Below the pieces are notes generated by a model that made no database searches, was not told the origin of the DNA, and saw only the letters and a program-made list of their open reading frames with translations. 26,177 bases of DNA from a virus (taxonomy: Duplodnaviria > Caudoviricetes). Location of the stretch: positions 1 to 26,177 of the IMG/VR virus record IMGVR_UViG_3300042905_002719. One strand, given 5' to 3'. This document shows positions 1-7,928 of the stretch, piece by piece. Each line of letters opens with the position of its first letter. Position 1 is the first letter of the stretch. Position numbers and translations under genes: made by a program.

Positions 1-97
1 CCGCGGCGATCGACGCAGCCGCGCGTGCCGACTCGCGGCCGATGTCGGCCGGGTCGGCGGAGAGCCAGGTGAGGAACCAGACGATCCAGCGCCACAT
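1..97 (-). CDS. Hypothetical membrane/secreted protein, 5' part only (runs off the left edge)
   Basis: ATG at 97-95, 3 nt after the stop of the 101..355 gene; translates MWRWIVWFLTWLSADPADIGRESARAAASIAA..., hydrophobic Trp-rich N-terminus; not in the ORF track because it is truncated. Confidence 0.65.
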   Translation of the reverse strand, partial: MWRWIVWFLTWLSADPADIGRESARAAASIAA

Positions 98-100
98 GTG

Positions 101-355
101 TCACCACCCTCGTCCGTGATCGACCGCCACGTATCCGTCGGAGCCGATGTGCGAGCGGATCTCGGCGTGCTGCTCGGCGGGCGGCTCCTCGACGAACACG
201 GCCACCCACAAGAGCGACTTGGCGGCCCTCGCGATCCACCGCAGCACTGGGCGGTCCTCGAGCGGCTTGGGATCGCGGGACGCACCGGAGCCGGCGTACC
301 AGCCAACCGCCACGGCGATCACGACCATGGCCACGAGTCTGTTGCGGTCTGTCAT
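101..355 (-). CDS. Small membrane protein (84 aa), possible holin/lysis accessory
   Basis: N-terminal hydrophobic helix LVAMVVIAVAVGWY plus second amphipathic/hydrophobic stretch; ATGA overlap with upstream protease stop. Confidence 0.7.
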   Translation of the reverse strand: MTDRNRLVAMVVIAVAVGWYAGSGASRDPKPLEDRPVLRWIARAAKSLLWVAVFVEEPPAEQHAEIRSHIGSDGYVAVDHGRGW

Positions 356-1416
356 TGGTCACCCTGAGGTGGAGGCTGGAACCAGTCGCCGTTGTCGATC
401 TGTCGGTACGCGAAACCGTCGACGCTGCCGATCGCGTAGGAGTCACCCTGCGCGAGAATTCGCTGGATGGCAGACTTCTCCGCCCAGAACGTGCCGTCTG
501 GCTGATCCGGTGGGAATTTCCCACCGCCGACGTAGTTGCCCCACGAGTTGCAAATGAGGCCGCCAGTGCGGTTGCCGAACCGCACGCCGATGACCGCCAT
601 CTGGTGCATCCACGTACCGGACGCTGCACAGAAGCCGTCGGCGTCGCGGTTGCCGCTGTTGAACCCAACGGACGACGCGATCGTGACCGGGTAGCCCGAG
701 GTCACGGCGGCAACCAGCTCGTCCCACGTCTTTACGGCCACCACGTGCCGGCATGGATGCCGCTTGGCCCGCGCGTCGAGCTTCCCGTCGTCGCCCTGGC
801 CGCCGCAGCCGTACGCGCCCCACGACTTGGCGCGGTTCTTGTCGTACGTCCGCAGGTCGTGCCCCAGCACGTCCTCGCGGTACACCACGCCCCAGTCACG
901 CAGCCAGCGCGCCGCGCCCCAGCCTGTCGCGCCGTCGCTCCACCCGCCGACCGGCGACCGCCCGGAGCCGTCACGCCCGCGAGCCTCGACCCGGGCGCCG
1001 CCGTAGATCGCCTCGCTCGCCGGCATCTTGGGCGGCTCGGACAGCTTGCCCGTCGCCCAGTCCACGGCCTCGGCGCAGTAGACGGCGTGCATCGCGCCCC
1101 ACGACACGCAGTCGCCGATGCCTTGGCGGCCGACGACAAACGCCGTGCCGTACCGGGCGCGGTGCGCTCGGTCCATCTGCCTGTAGAGAAACGTGTCGAC
1201 TGGCACGGCCTGACGCATGGCGTCGGCGCCGGCCTGGGCGAAGTAGGGCTCGGGCAGCTCCTCGAGGAACCGGGCGACGCCCTCGGGGTCCGGGACGTAG
1301 CCGGTCAGGATCGCCGGCTGCCGTACCTCGCCGGCCGCCCACCAGAAGGAGAGAGCGAGCCAGACGACCAGTGCCGCAGCCGCCACGAGGCGCCACGGAT
1401 GCTTGGGTGCGCTCAC
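352..1416 (-). CDS. Membrane-anchored papain-like cysteine protease (C1A-type), 354 aa
   Basis: Oxyanion Gln/catalytic Cys in RQGIGDCVSWG, His in WMHQMAVIG, Asn in ICNSWG; N-terminal TM/signal LVAAAALVVWLALSFWW. Confidence 0.85.
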   Translation of the reverse strand: MSAPKHPWRLVAAAALVVWLALSFWWAAGEVRQPAILTGYVPDPEGVARFLEELPEPYFAQAGADAMRQAVPVDTFLYRQMDRAHRARYGTAFVVGRQGIGDCVSWGAMHAVYCAEAVDWATGKLSEPPKMPASEAIYGGARVEARGRDGSGRSPVGGWSDGATGWGAARWLRDWGVVYREDVLGHDLRTYDKNRAKSWGAYGCGGQGDDGKLDARAKRHPCRHVVAVKTWDELVAAVTSGYPVTIASSVGFNSGNRDADGFCAASGTWMHQMAVIGVRFGNRTGGLICNSWGNYVGGGKFPPDQPDGTFWAEKSAIQRILAQGDSYAIGSVDGFAYRQIDNGDWFQPPPQGDQ

Positions 1417-1955
1417 CTGGCGGCCTCCGCGGCCCGGGCGACCTCACGGTAGGCCGAGATCCACTTTGCCTTCTGCTCGGGCGTGAGCGGGCCTCCTGCG
1501 GTGCCTGCGACGGTGTTGAGGTAGTCCTCGATCGCCTGACGCGCGAGCGGGTGTTTTGCCCCAAGCGACTCGCCACGGCATAGGAGGACGCGCGACCTCA
1601 CCCGCAACTCGTCGAACGCCACGCCGGTACGGATGAGCGGCTCGGGCTGGCTCGCGTCCCACTCGATCTCGTTAGCCAGCTCGGTGCACAGGGCGGCGAC
1701 GAGCGCCGCGTCCCGGGCGGCATCCGGCCCAACGAACTTGCCGCGCAGCGTGAACGCCGCCGGGTCCGGGGCAGGGGCCGGCGCCGGCGTGGCCGGCGAG
1801 CTGGCCACGTACGACCACGCGGCCGCGGCGACGAGCGCGGCTGCGGCCAGGTGGCGGCTGTCGAGCTGCGGCCACCGCCACTCGTGGTAGTGGGCCTGAA
1901 TCCACGGCCAGGCGAGCGCCACGGCGGCCACGGCGACGAGCAGGAGCGGCATCAT
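1413..1955 (-). CDS. Membrane protein (180 aa), two N-terminal hydrophobic helices, Pro/Ala linker, helical soluble domain
   Basis: LLLVAVAAVALAWPW and LAAAALVAAAAWSYV segments, then PATPAPAPAPDP linker; 4-nt overlaps on both sides. Confidence 0.75.
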   Translation of the reverse strand: MMPLLLVAVAAVALAWPWIQAHYHEWRWPQLDSRHLAAAALVAAAAWSYVASSPATPAPAPAPDPAAFTLRGKFVGPDAARDAALVAALCTELANEIEWDASQPEPLIRTGVAFDELRVRSRVLLCRGESLGAKHPLARQAIEDYLNTVAGTAGGPLTPEQKAKWISAYREVARAAEAAR

Positions 1956-2326
1956 TCGGCGGCCCTCGTGAGCGGCAGGACGATCTCAATGGCACCGCTG
2001 GCGATCGCCAGCACGAGCGCCCTGATGGCGGGTCGGGCGAGGATCCAGACCGGCCAGACGACGACCGGGACTGCCTTGTCCGCGAGCTGGTCGAAGAGCG
2101 CGGCCACGGCCTCGAGCACAAGCGCCTTTTTCTCGGAGCCGCTCATGCCGAGCACGGCGTCGAGGGTCTCGACCGACAGCCGCAGAAGAGCCACGAGCAG
2201 CTCGCCAAACTCGGACCACGTGATGCCGCCGGCGGCCTTGGCCTTGGCGACCTCGAGGAACGCGGCGACCTGCGCCATCAGCGTGGCCTCGCCGCCGGCC
2301 GCCATCACCGGTGCGTCGCTGATCAT
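1952..2326 (-). CDS. Hydrophobic helical protein (124 aa), holin-like candidate
   Basis: Start re-assigned to ATG 2326 (MISDAPV...) which overlaps the upstream TGA (ATGA); hydrophobic segments FGELLVALLRL and AVPVVVWPVWILARPAIRALVLAI. Confidence 0.7.
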   Translation of the reverse strand: MISDAPVMAAGGEATLMAQVAAFLEVAKAKAAGGITWSEFGELLVALLRLSVETLDAVLGMSGSEKKALVLEAVAALFDQLADKAVPVVVWPVWILARPAIRALVLAIASGAIEIVLPLTRAAE

Positions 2327-2790
2327 GCTTTGACTCCGGCCAGGACGATCTCGTATGTGGCGGACGCCGCTCCGCCTTCGATGACGATGTTGCCGGCGTC
2401 GAACCACTTGTTGGTCGGAGCAGTGCCGGCGGTCCACAAAAAGACCGCACCGGGCGGCAGCCCGTAGTTAGCGCCGGCGATGTCGTAGGTCAGCGTGACC
2501 GTCGCCGACTGGTTGCGGACGTAGATCAGCTTGACGCTCGCCAGATTGAGCGTGCCGGCCGTGCCGAAGACCGACAGCGGCAGCGCCGTCGTGTTGATCG
2601 TGTCGGTGGCCGAGATGCCGACGGTGCGCACGTCCCGCCAGTAGCCGTTGACCTGGCCGGCGCCGGTGCCGTTGGCGAGCGACAGCGTCTGCAGCACAGA
2701 CGCGGAGTCGGTGACGGTCGTCAGCGTCAGGTCGTCGACCCATGACGCCGCGAGACGCAGTTGGCCGGTGATGGTGAGGACGGGAGGCAT
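2323..2790 (-). CDS. Beta-rich putative virion protein (155 aa), paralogue of 2790..3293
   Basis: Start re-assigned to ATG 2790 (TGATG coupling); shares LANGTGAGQ..W.D.RTV...D.I....L...FG....L...VKLIYVRN pattern with the neighbour. Confidence 0.75.
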   Translation of the reverse strand: MPPVLTITGQLRLAASWVDDLTLTTVTDSASVLQTLSLANGTGAGQVNGYWRDVRTVGISATDTINTTALPLSVFGTAGTLNLASVKLIYVRNQSATVTLTYDIAGANYGLPPGAVFLWTAGTAPTNKWFDAGNIVIEGGAASATYEIVLAGVKA

Positions 2791-3293
2791 CAGGTGGGTG
2801 CCACGGAGGTGCCGACCAAATACAGCGAGTAGCTCACCGCCGCGGCGTTGGGGTTGGCGATGTACATGAGCTGGTTGGTCGACGTGACCGGCCAGGCGTT
2901 GATGTGATTGATTGAAAACCACTCGGAGCCCGGCCCGATCTCCGACGCGTAGGCGACGCTGGGACGGCCCGGATCGCAGCCGACGCGGATTTTGCGGCCG
3001 CTCGTCGTCTCGGTGTTGACCACGCGCACCAGCCGCAACTGGCGGAAGTCGTAATTGACGGTGACGCCGAGCGTGGTCTGCGTGATTGCCCGCAGGTCGA
3101 TTTCTTCCAGCGTGTTTGCGGCGATCGTGCGGTTGGCCGCATAGACGAGGTCCGCCTGCCGGCTGCCGCTGCCGTCGGTGATCGCGTAGGTGTTCTGGTC
3201 CGTCTTCGCAGACACGGTCGTGCCGATGTCCTGGTCGACCGTGCGGTCCCAGATCATCACGGTCCGCATCGTCGCAGTGAGTGTGTCAGCCAT
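2790..3293 (-). CDS. Beta-rich putative virion protein (167 aa), paralogue of 2323..2790
   Basis: ITDGSGSRQADLVYAANRTIAANTLEEIDLRAITQTTLGVTVNYDFRQLRLVRVVN aligns by eye with neighbour; Thr/Ser-rich, ends YSLYLVG. Confidence 0.75.
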   Translation of the reverse strand: MADTLTATMRTVMIWDRTVDQDIGTTVSAKTDQNTYAITDGSGSRQADLVYAANRTIAANTLEEIDLRAITQTTLGVTVNYDFRQLRLVRVVNTETTSGRKIRVGCDPGRPSVAYASEIGPGSEWFSINHINAWPVTSTNQLMYIANPNAAAVSYSLYLVGTSVAPT

Positions 3294-3531
3294 CGAAAAG
3301 CCCCATCTCGATGGCCTGACGGGCGACTGACGGCTTGACGCCCAGACGGAACGCGGCCAAGGCGATGTCCTCGGGCGACAGCCTGGCCGGCTTCTTCGAC
3401 GTGAGCTTGCCCCACGTCTGCTGCGTCGGCGTGTAGACCGCGGCCAGCGACACAGCGTCGGACGGAGACGGGATCGCCTCGCGTTGGCCGCTGCGGTGCC
3501 TGTAGTGCGCGATCACGCTGCCGTCCTCCAT
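3286..3531 (-). CDS. Hypothetical protein (81 aa)
   Basis: Start re-assigned to ATG 3531 (MEDGSVIAHY...) to remove overlap with the DUF1599 gene; preceded by the recurrent promoter-like motif. Confidence 0.6.
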   Translation of the reverse strand: MEDGSVIAHYRHRSGQREAIPSPSDAVSLAAVYTPTQQTWGKLTSKKPARLSPEDIALAAFRLGVKPSVARQAIEMGLFDG

Positions 3532-3571
3532 GCCGTCACGGTACGGCAGGACGGCGGTCGGTCGGCAGGGG
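3532..3571 (-). promoter_or_regulatory. Putative phage promoter, leaderless type (motif copy 1)
   Basis: Minus strand CCCCT(3571-3567)-N23-TACCGT(3543-3538)-N6-ATG(3531); no Shine-Dalgarno. Confidence 0.6.
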
Positions 3572-4138
3572 TTATGGACGCTCGGACTCGCGGTACAGAA
3601 CCAGGGCGATGATGCTGTAGGCGGCCATGTCCAAGAGCGTGTCAGGTATGCCGTCGAACTCCACCTTGCCACGGCGAAAGTAGGCCCGCAGGCGGTGCAT
3701 CTTGTCCGCCAGCCGGATGACGCAGCCGGCCCACGCCGGCACGTTCACGTAGTCGGCGCTCGTGCGAATGTTCGACAGCGCGTCCTCATCGACGCCGTAG
3801 TCGAGTGTTTTGCGCAGGTGCAGCTCACGCAGCTCGTCGAGCACGGCGAGGAACTCGGCCGATCCCGGCCGCAGCGACGCCTCCCGCGAGAGCCGTGCCG
3901 GCCTGGCGTCTTCGACCGTCTGCTTCCAGCCGGCGGCCGCCGCACGCAGTTCGGCCTCGCCACGCAGGATGTAGTCGACCGGGATCGTGCGGCCGCCGTC
4001 GCAACACGGCGACGGGTCCGACAGCACGCTCGCCGCCGCGGCCTGCGCCGGCGGGCAGCCCGCCAGCGACGCTGCCATGCCCTCGTGTCGTGCCGTCACA
4101 GCCGCCCGCAGGGCAGCGTTGCTCTCGTCCAGTGTCAC
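3572..4138 (-). CDS. DUF1599 / nucleotide-modification-associated domain 1 (Nmad1)-like protein (188 aa)
   Basis: C-terminal ELHLRKTLDYG...IRLADKMHRL...DTLLDMAAYSII pattern; GTG start at 4138 (GTGA overlap) with AGGAGG upstream. Confidence 0.7.
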   Translation of the reverse strand: MTLDESNAALRAAVTARHEGMAASLAGCPPAQAAAASVLSDPSPCCDGGRTIPVDYILRGEAELRAAAAGWKQTVEDARPARLSREASLRPGSAEFLAVLDELRELHLRKTLDYGVDEDALSNIRTSADYVNVPAWAGCVIRLADKMHRLRAYFRRGKVEFDGIPDTLLDMAAYSIIALVLYRESERP

Positions 4139-5334
4139 CGTCGTCCTCCTGGTGGTGGTCCAGATACGTGCATGCTCGACAGCCCGCCGCCGCGCTCGTA
4201 CACGAACAACTCCATCGCCTGCCTGTTGCCCACGAAGCCCTGCTGTGCGTGCCACTCGTCAGGCGGACACAGGGCAGGAGCCACCCGCACGAGCACGCCG
4301 TCGATCGTCTCGATCGGCCGACTCCACTCAGCGGATTGCTGGTGGTAGTGCCCGGTGTGAATCTCCCGGTAGGGGCACTGGCTCCACAATTCCGCCGCCT
4401 CCAGTGCCATGAGCTGCGGCAGCCGCTTTTTGGCCCGGTGACCGTGGCAGAAACCGAGCAGGTTGCCGGCGTGGCTCAAATACTTTCTAGGCGTGAACGT
4501 GTCCTCGACCCGCACCCGGCGGTCCTTGCGGAAACGCTCCTGCAGGATCCGCAGCCACGCCCAGGTCAGCGTCTCGTCGTGGTTGCCGTGCACCGTGAGC
4601 GTGTCGGTCGGGGCGATGTCTCCGGCCAGGTCCACGACACGCAGCAGCTCGTCGGTGCCGACCTCGATCATTTTCTGGAGCCGGCCGTCCCGCTCAAGCG
4701 GCGTGCCGCTCGTCGTGGTGCCGCTCGGCGTGTCGTAGTGGTACACGTCGCCGAGCGTGGCCACTGTCAGCCGGCTCGGCCGCATGGATGCGGCGATCGA
4801 CAGCAGCTCCTGTGACGCCTCCCTGATGAGCGTGGCCGCGATGCCGACGTCGTAGTCTTGCTGGCCGGTCGTGCGAGCCCACGCGTACTTGCCGAAATGC
4901 GGGTCGGCTATCACGAGCACCGCCCAACGGTCGCCCTTGACGGCCTTCGCCTTCGGCTTGGGCGGCCGCACGATGTCTCGGCTGGCCGCCGCGATCATCG
5001 CCTCGACGACCTCGCGCACGCCCGGGCCGGGTCGCGGCTTGAGCCGCACGAAGACGCGAAACAGCTCGGTCACCACCGGCTGGCCGGTCGACCGGTCGAC
5101 TGACATGCCCTCCCACTTCGTGGCCTCGGACGCCGCGACCTCGTACTTGGTCATGTCGGCTTCGATGTGCCGCAGGAGGTCCTCGACCGTGCGAATTGTG
5201 CGCGAGACGCTGCGGGCCTCGACGGTGTCTCCGTCGGTGCGCTGCGTGATCTGCTCGGCGTCCTTGCCCTGCGGCACGTCGGCTGCCGCCTCGGCCAGGA
5301 CGGCGTCGGCTAGTGGCTTCGTCGTCCGATCCAC
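4135..5334 (-). CDS. Calcineurin-like metallophosphoesterase (399 aa)
   Basis: All five motifs: ADPHFG, LGDVYH, HGNHDE, FCHGH, HTGHYH; start re-assigned to GTG 5334 preceded by AAGGAG. Confidence 0.85.
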   Translation of the reverse strand: MDRTTKPLADAVLAEAAADVPQGKDAEQITQRTDGDTVEARSVSRTIRTVEDLLRHIEADMTKYEVAASEATKWEGMSVDRSTGQPVVTELFRVFVRLKPRPGPGVREVVEAMIAAASRDIVRPPKPKAKAVKGDRWAVLVIADPHFGKYAWARTTGQQDYDVGIAATLIREASQELLSIAASMRPSRLTVATLGDVYHYDTPSGTTTSGTPLERDGRLQKMIEVGTDELLRVVDLAGDIAPTDTLTVHGNHDETLTWAWLRILQERFRKDRRVRVEDTFTPRKYLSHAGNLLGFCHGHRAKKRLPQLMALEAAELWSQCPYREIHTGHYHQQSAEWSRPIETIDGVLVRVAPALCPPDEWHAQQGFVGNRQAMELFVYERGGGLSSMHVSGPPPGGRR

Positions 5335-5576
5335 GCCTCGACTCCTTGGATGCCGCAGATGTCGTGGCCACGCTGTTGGCACACCGTGACGATCGCCCGG
5401 GCCAGCGCCCGTTTGTGCATCGGCACCTGGCCGACACGCCACCGATCCCGCAGCTCCTCGAGCTGCCGCAGGTCGGCCTCCGGCAGCCGCATGTACCACG
5501 GCGCATACCCTGGGCCTTTGTTCGCCGCGACGGCGAGCACCTGGTCGATGATCGACGTCGTGTCGTCACTCGTCAC
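5310..5576 (-). CDS. Small helical hypothetical protein (88 aa)
   Basis: GTG start at 5576 with AGGAGG upstream; PWYMRLPEADLRQLEELRDRW...ALARAIV; fills gap between peptidase and phosphoesterase. Confidence 0.65.
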   Translation of the reverse strand: MTSDDTTSIIDQVLAVAANKGPGYAPWYMRLPEADLRQLEELRDRWRVGQVPMHKRALARAIVTVCQQRGHDICGIQGVEAWIGRRSH

Positions 5577-5832
5577 GGCGATACCCCTCCTGCTCGAGGA
5601 CGGTCGTGAGCATGCCGGCAAACTCCTGGACACTCTCTTCTGAGATGTCCGGCCAGCGGGCGTGGATCAGCTCGTGCAGGAGCGTGTCGAGGTAGTCGGT
5701 GCCGGTCAGGCGGGAGTCGACCTTGATCGTGCGCGTGGCGTAGTCGCACAGGCCGTAGAGATTGCGCAGCCGTGCCCGAACGATGTGCCACTTGGCACCG
5801 GCGATCTCGATCGTCCGCTGTCGCCTCGCCAT
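5566..5832 (-). CDS. Minimal HEXXH zincin metallopeptidase-like protein (88 aa)
   Basis: LYGLCDYATRTIKVD...DTLLHELIHA...E third ligand candidate (ISEESV), the SprT/ImmA-like minigluzincin pattern. Confidence 0.75.
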   Translation of the reverse strand: MARRQRTIEIAGAKWHIVRARLRNLYGLCDYATRTIKVDSRLTGTDYLDTLLHELIHARWPDISEESVQEFAGMLTTVLEQEGYRRDE

Positions 5833-5876
5833 GACACCACCCTACCTGAGATGGGCGGCGGCCAGCCCCGGGTGTG
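5833..5876 (-). promoter_or_regulatory. Putative phage promoter, leaderless type (motif copy 2, degenerate upstream box)
   Basis: Minus strand CACACCCGG-N23-TAGGGT(5844-5839)-N6-ATG(5832); no Shine-Dalgarno. Confidence 0.45.
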
Positions 5877-5881
5877 GCGTG

Positions 5882-6307
5882 TCAGGAAACCGTGTTGCCA
5901 GCGTTGCTGGCGGCGCGTCTGGCGCTACGTATGGCACGTCTCACGAGCAGGCGGCCGACCACGTCGAGAAACAGCATGCCGCGGGCCTCGGCCTCCGCAC
6001 GCATCACGGCGACGACCTCATCAATGCGCTCCGGCCTCGAGCACTCATCCACGCCCCACGCGTCCATCTGGGAGGCTTTTGCGCGACACTGACAGGTCGG
6101 CGTCGGCTCGATTCCAAAACGCTTTAGGAGTTTGGACAGTTCCGTGCCGGGGCCGGATGCCTCGTGGCTCGGTTTTTCCGACGCGTGCGATTGCTGACCC
6201 AACGCTTCCGGCAGTGACTCGATCGTTTTGCCACAGTGGTCGCACACACAAACATGGACTCCACGCTGCAGGTCGAGACGACAGTCATACGAGCAAGGCC
6301 CGTGCAT
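5882..6307 (-). CDS. Cys-rich hypothetical protein (141 aa)
   Basis: CSYDC, CVCDHC, CQC and DEC clusters; GPGTELSKLLKRFGI...QMDAWG C-terminal domain; 3-nt gap after upstream stop. Confidence 0.7.
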   Translation of the reverse strand: MHGPCSYDCRLDLQRGVHVCVCDHCGKTIESLPEALGQQSHASEKPSHEASGPGTELSKLLKRFGIEPTPTCQCRAKASQMDAWGVDECSRPERIDEVVAVMRAEAEARGMLFLDVVGRLLVRRAIRSARRAASNAGNTVS

Positions 6308-6310
6308 GCG

Positions 6311-7576
6311 TCACCCGCAGCCGCACGTTGGGCCGAGCGAATTGGCTGTGCCGTTGCACGTTGGAAGCCCAATCACATCTACTACGAAGTCGCCACCAAA
6401 ACTCCACTCTGTGCATGCGTCGTCGTTAAATGTGGCACCACCCGCGACCTTACTGACAAACGGTGGATCCGGGAAGCGATCTTGATACCTATTGCGTGAT
6501 GTGCCATTGAAAGTCGCGCCTCCATTCACGACGCCAAACCTATTGGTCGATGCTCCATTGAAAACGGCACCGCCATTGACAATACCCCAGTTTTCTCCAG
6601 CGTTAAAAATGGCGCCGCCGTTGACGGTGGCGGAATATTTGAAAGCAAATACACTCGGACCAAAACCCAAAATATGCGGGCTTCCGTTGTTGACGCTTCC
6701 TGAATTGAACACCGCACCGCCGTTCACGAAACTGTTGTTGTAGGATGATGTGCTGAACACGGCACCGCCGAATACGATTCCAGTGCCAGAAACGCCGGTC
6801 TCCAAAGATGATTTTTCGATTTGAAAGAAACTGCCGTTTCGTGAATTATTGTTGAACACAGCGCCGTCGTACACTATGCCATTCAGAACGTCCTCGATTA
6901 GTGTAGTTACCGGCTGACCCACTTCTTGGTAGTCAACCACAAATGAGTCGTATTTAGGACCAGTGAGTGTCAGTTGACCGCCACCGGCGTTTGCGGCGCT
7001 TGCAAACGTCGCCCCGTTGTAAACGTTTGCACCATTTAGCGCGCCGCTGCGAAACAGGGCTCCTCCGTAGACTGAAACGCCGTATGTCGTAGAGTTGCTA
7101 AATACAGATCCGTGCGTGGTTCCGTATGCAGTGTGCGTGGTCGTCAAATTAAAGCCGCGCGCCAGAATGGTGTTCCAAAAGTACGCCCGCTGCACCGTCC
7201 TGTTTGCTTTCAGGTTCAGGTAGCTGTAGACGTGGATCGTAGCGTTTGACGGCGGCAGCCCGGTGGCACGGGCCATCAATGTGTTTGGCAGGTTGAGCGT
7301 GTCGCTCGGCGCCGTCGTCTTGACGCTGTACCAATTGCACGGGTTGTCCCATGCCCGCTGTTCATCGAGAACGGCACCGCCGCCCAACTTGCTTGTGCCT
7401 TCTGACCCGTAGAAGAACCAGGCATCACTGGCGATGCTCTCGTTCAGGGTCCACGTGGCACCGCCCACGTCGTCCCAACTGCCGGACGGCACCCAAGCGC
7501 CGGTATTGGCCGGTGCGACGTAGGGCTTATTGCCACCGCACTGGTCACAGCACGGATTGCACGGACTGCCGAGCAT
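6311..7576 (-). CDS. Putative tail-tip / receptor-binding protein with beta-helix-like repeats (421 aa)
   Basis: About nine V(N/Y/F/A)(G/N/D)GAxFN-type repeats in the C-terminal half; Cys-rich ends (CNPCCDQC; CNG...CGCG); lower GC than flanks; located after tape measure. Confidence 0.7.
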   Translation of the reverse strand: MLGSPCNPCCDQCGGNKPYVAPANTGAWVPSGSWDDVGGATWTLNESIASDAWFFYGSEGTSKLGGGAVLDEQRAWDNPCNWYSVKTTAPSDTLNLPNTLMARATGLPPSNATIHVYSYLNLKANRTVQRAYFWNTILARGFNLTTTHTAYGTTHGSVFSNSTTYGVSVYGGALFRSGALNGANVYNGATFASAANAGGGQLTLTGPKYDSFVVDYQEVGQPVTTLIEDVLNGIVYDGAVFNNNSRNGSFFQIEKSSLETGVSGTGIVFGGAVFSTSSYNNSFVNGGAVFNSGSVNNGSPHILGFGPSVFAFKYSATVNGGAIFNAGENWGIVNGGAVFNGASTNRFGVVNGGATFNGTSRNRYQDRFPDPPFVSKVAGGATFNDDACTEWSFGGDFVVDVIGLPTCNGTANSLGPTCGCG

Positions 7577-7577
7577 C

Positions 7578-7928
7578 TCAGCACTCCGCGGCGATCAGGT
7601 ACCACAGTTGCCCGACGCGGGCGAGCATGACCCATTTGTTGGCCGCCACGTCGGCGAACTTGTTCCACGCCCGCAGCACGTCGGATGTGGCAGCTTCGCT
7701 GCCGAGATCGCCAGCCCATACGGTTATGTTCTGCGCCGTGCCCTTAGTCCACGTGCTCGAGGTCTTGCCCAGCACGTGCACGCGGGCCGCCACGCCGTCG
7801 GCCGCGAACCCGGGGCGGTTGCCGAGCACGATGTCTGCGGCATCTTGGGCGCGGTTCCATGCCCTGGCCGAGATCGCCGACGCCAACGGCTGCCCGGCCT
7901 CGATGCGTCCGTCTCGCCGGCTTGGCAT
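7578..7928 (-). CDS. Small tail-region protein (116 aa)
   Basis: Start re-assigned to ATG 7928 (TGATG coupling; MPSRRDGRIEAGQPL...ISARAWN...WYLIAAEC). Confidence 0.75.
   Translation of the reverse strand: MPSRRDGRIEAGQPLASAISARAWNRAQDAADIVLGNRPGFAADGVAARVHVLGKTSSTWTKGTAQNITVWAGDLGSEAATSDVLRAWNKFADVAANKWVMLARVGQLWYLIAAEC

Noticed and set aside
5082-5100. Nested palindrome GGCCGGTCGACCGGTCGAC and frequent GTCGAC sites
   Set aside because: Inside coding sequence; explained by common Val-Asp/Ser-Thr codon pairs at high GC, no evidence of regulatory role
6311-7576. Possible diversity-generating retroelement target (Asn-rich, low-GC tail protein)
   Set aside because: No reverse transcriptase and no template/variable repeat pair differing at adenines visible in the window
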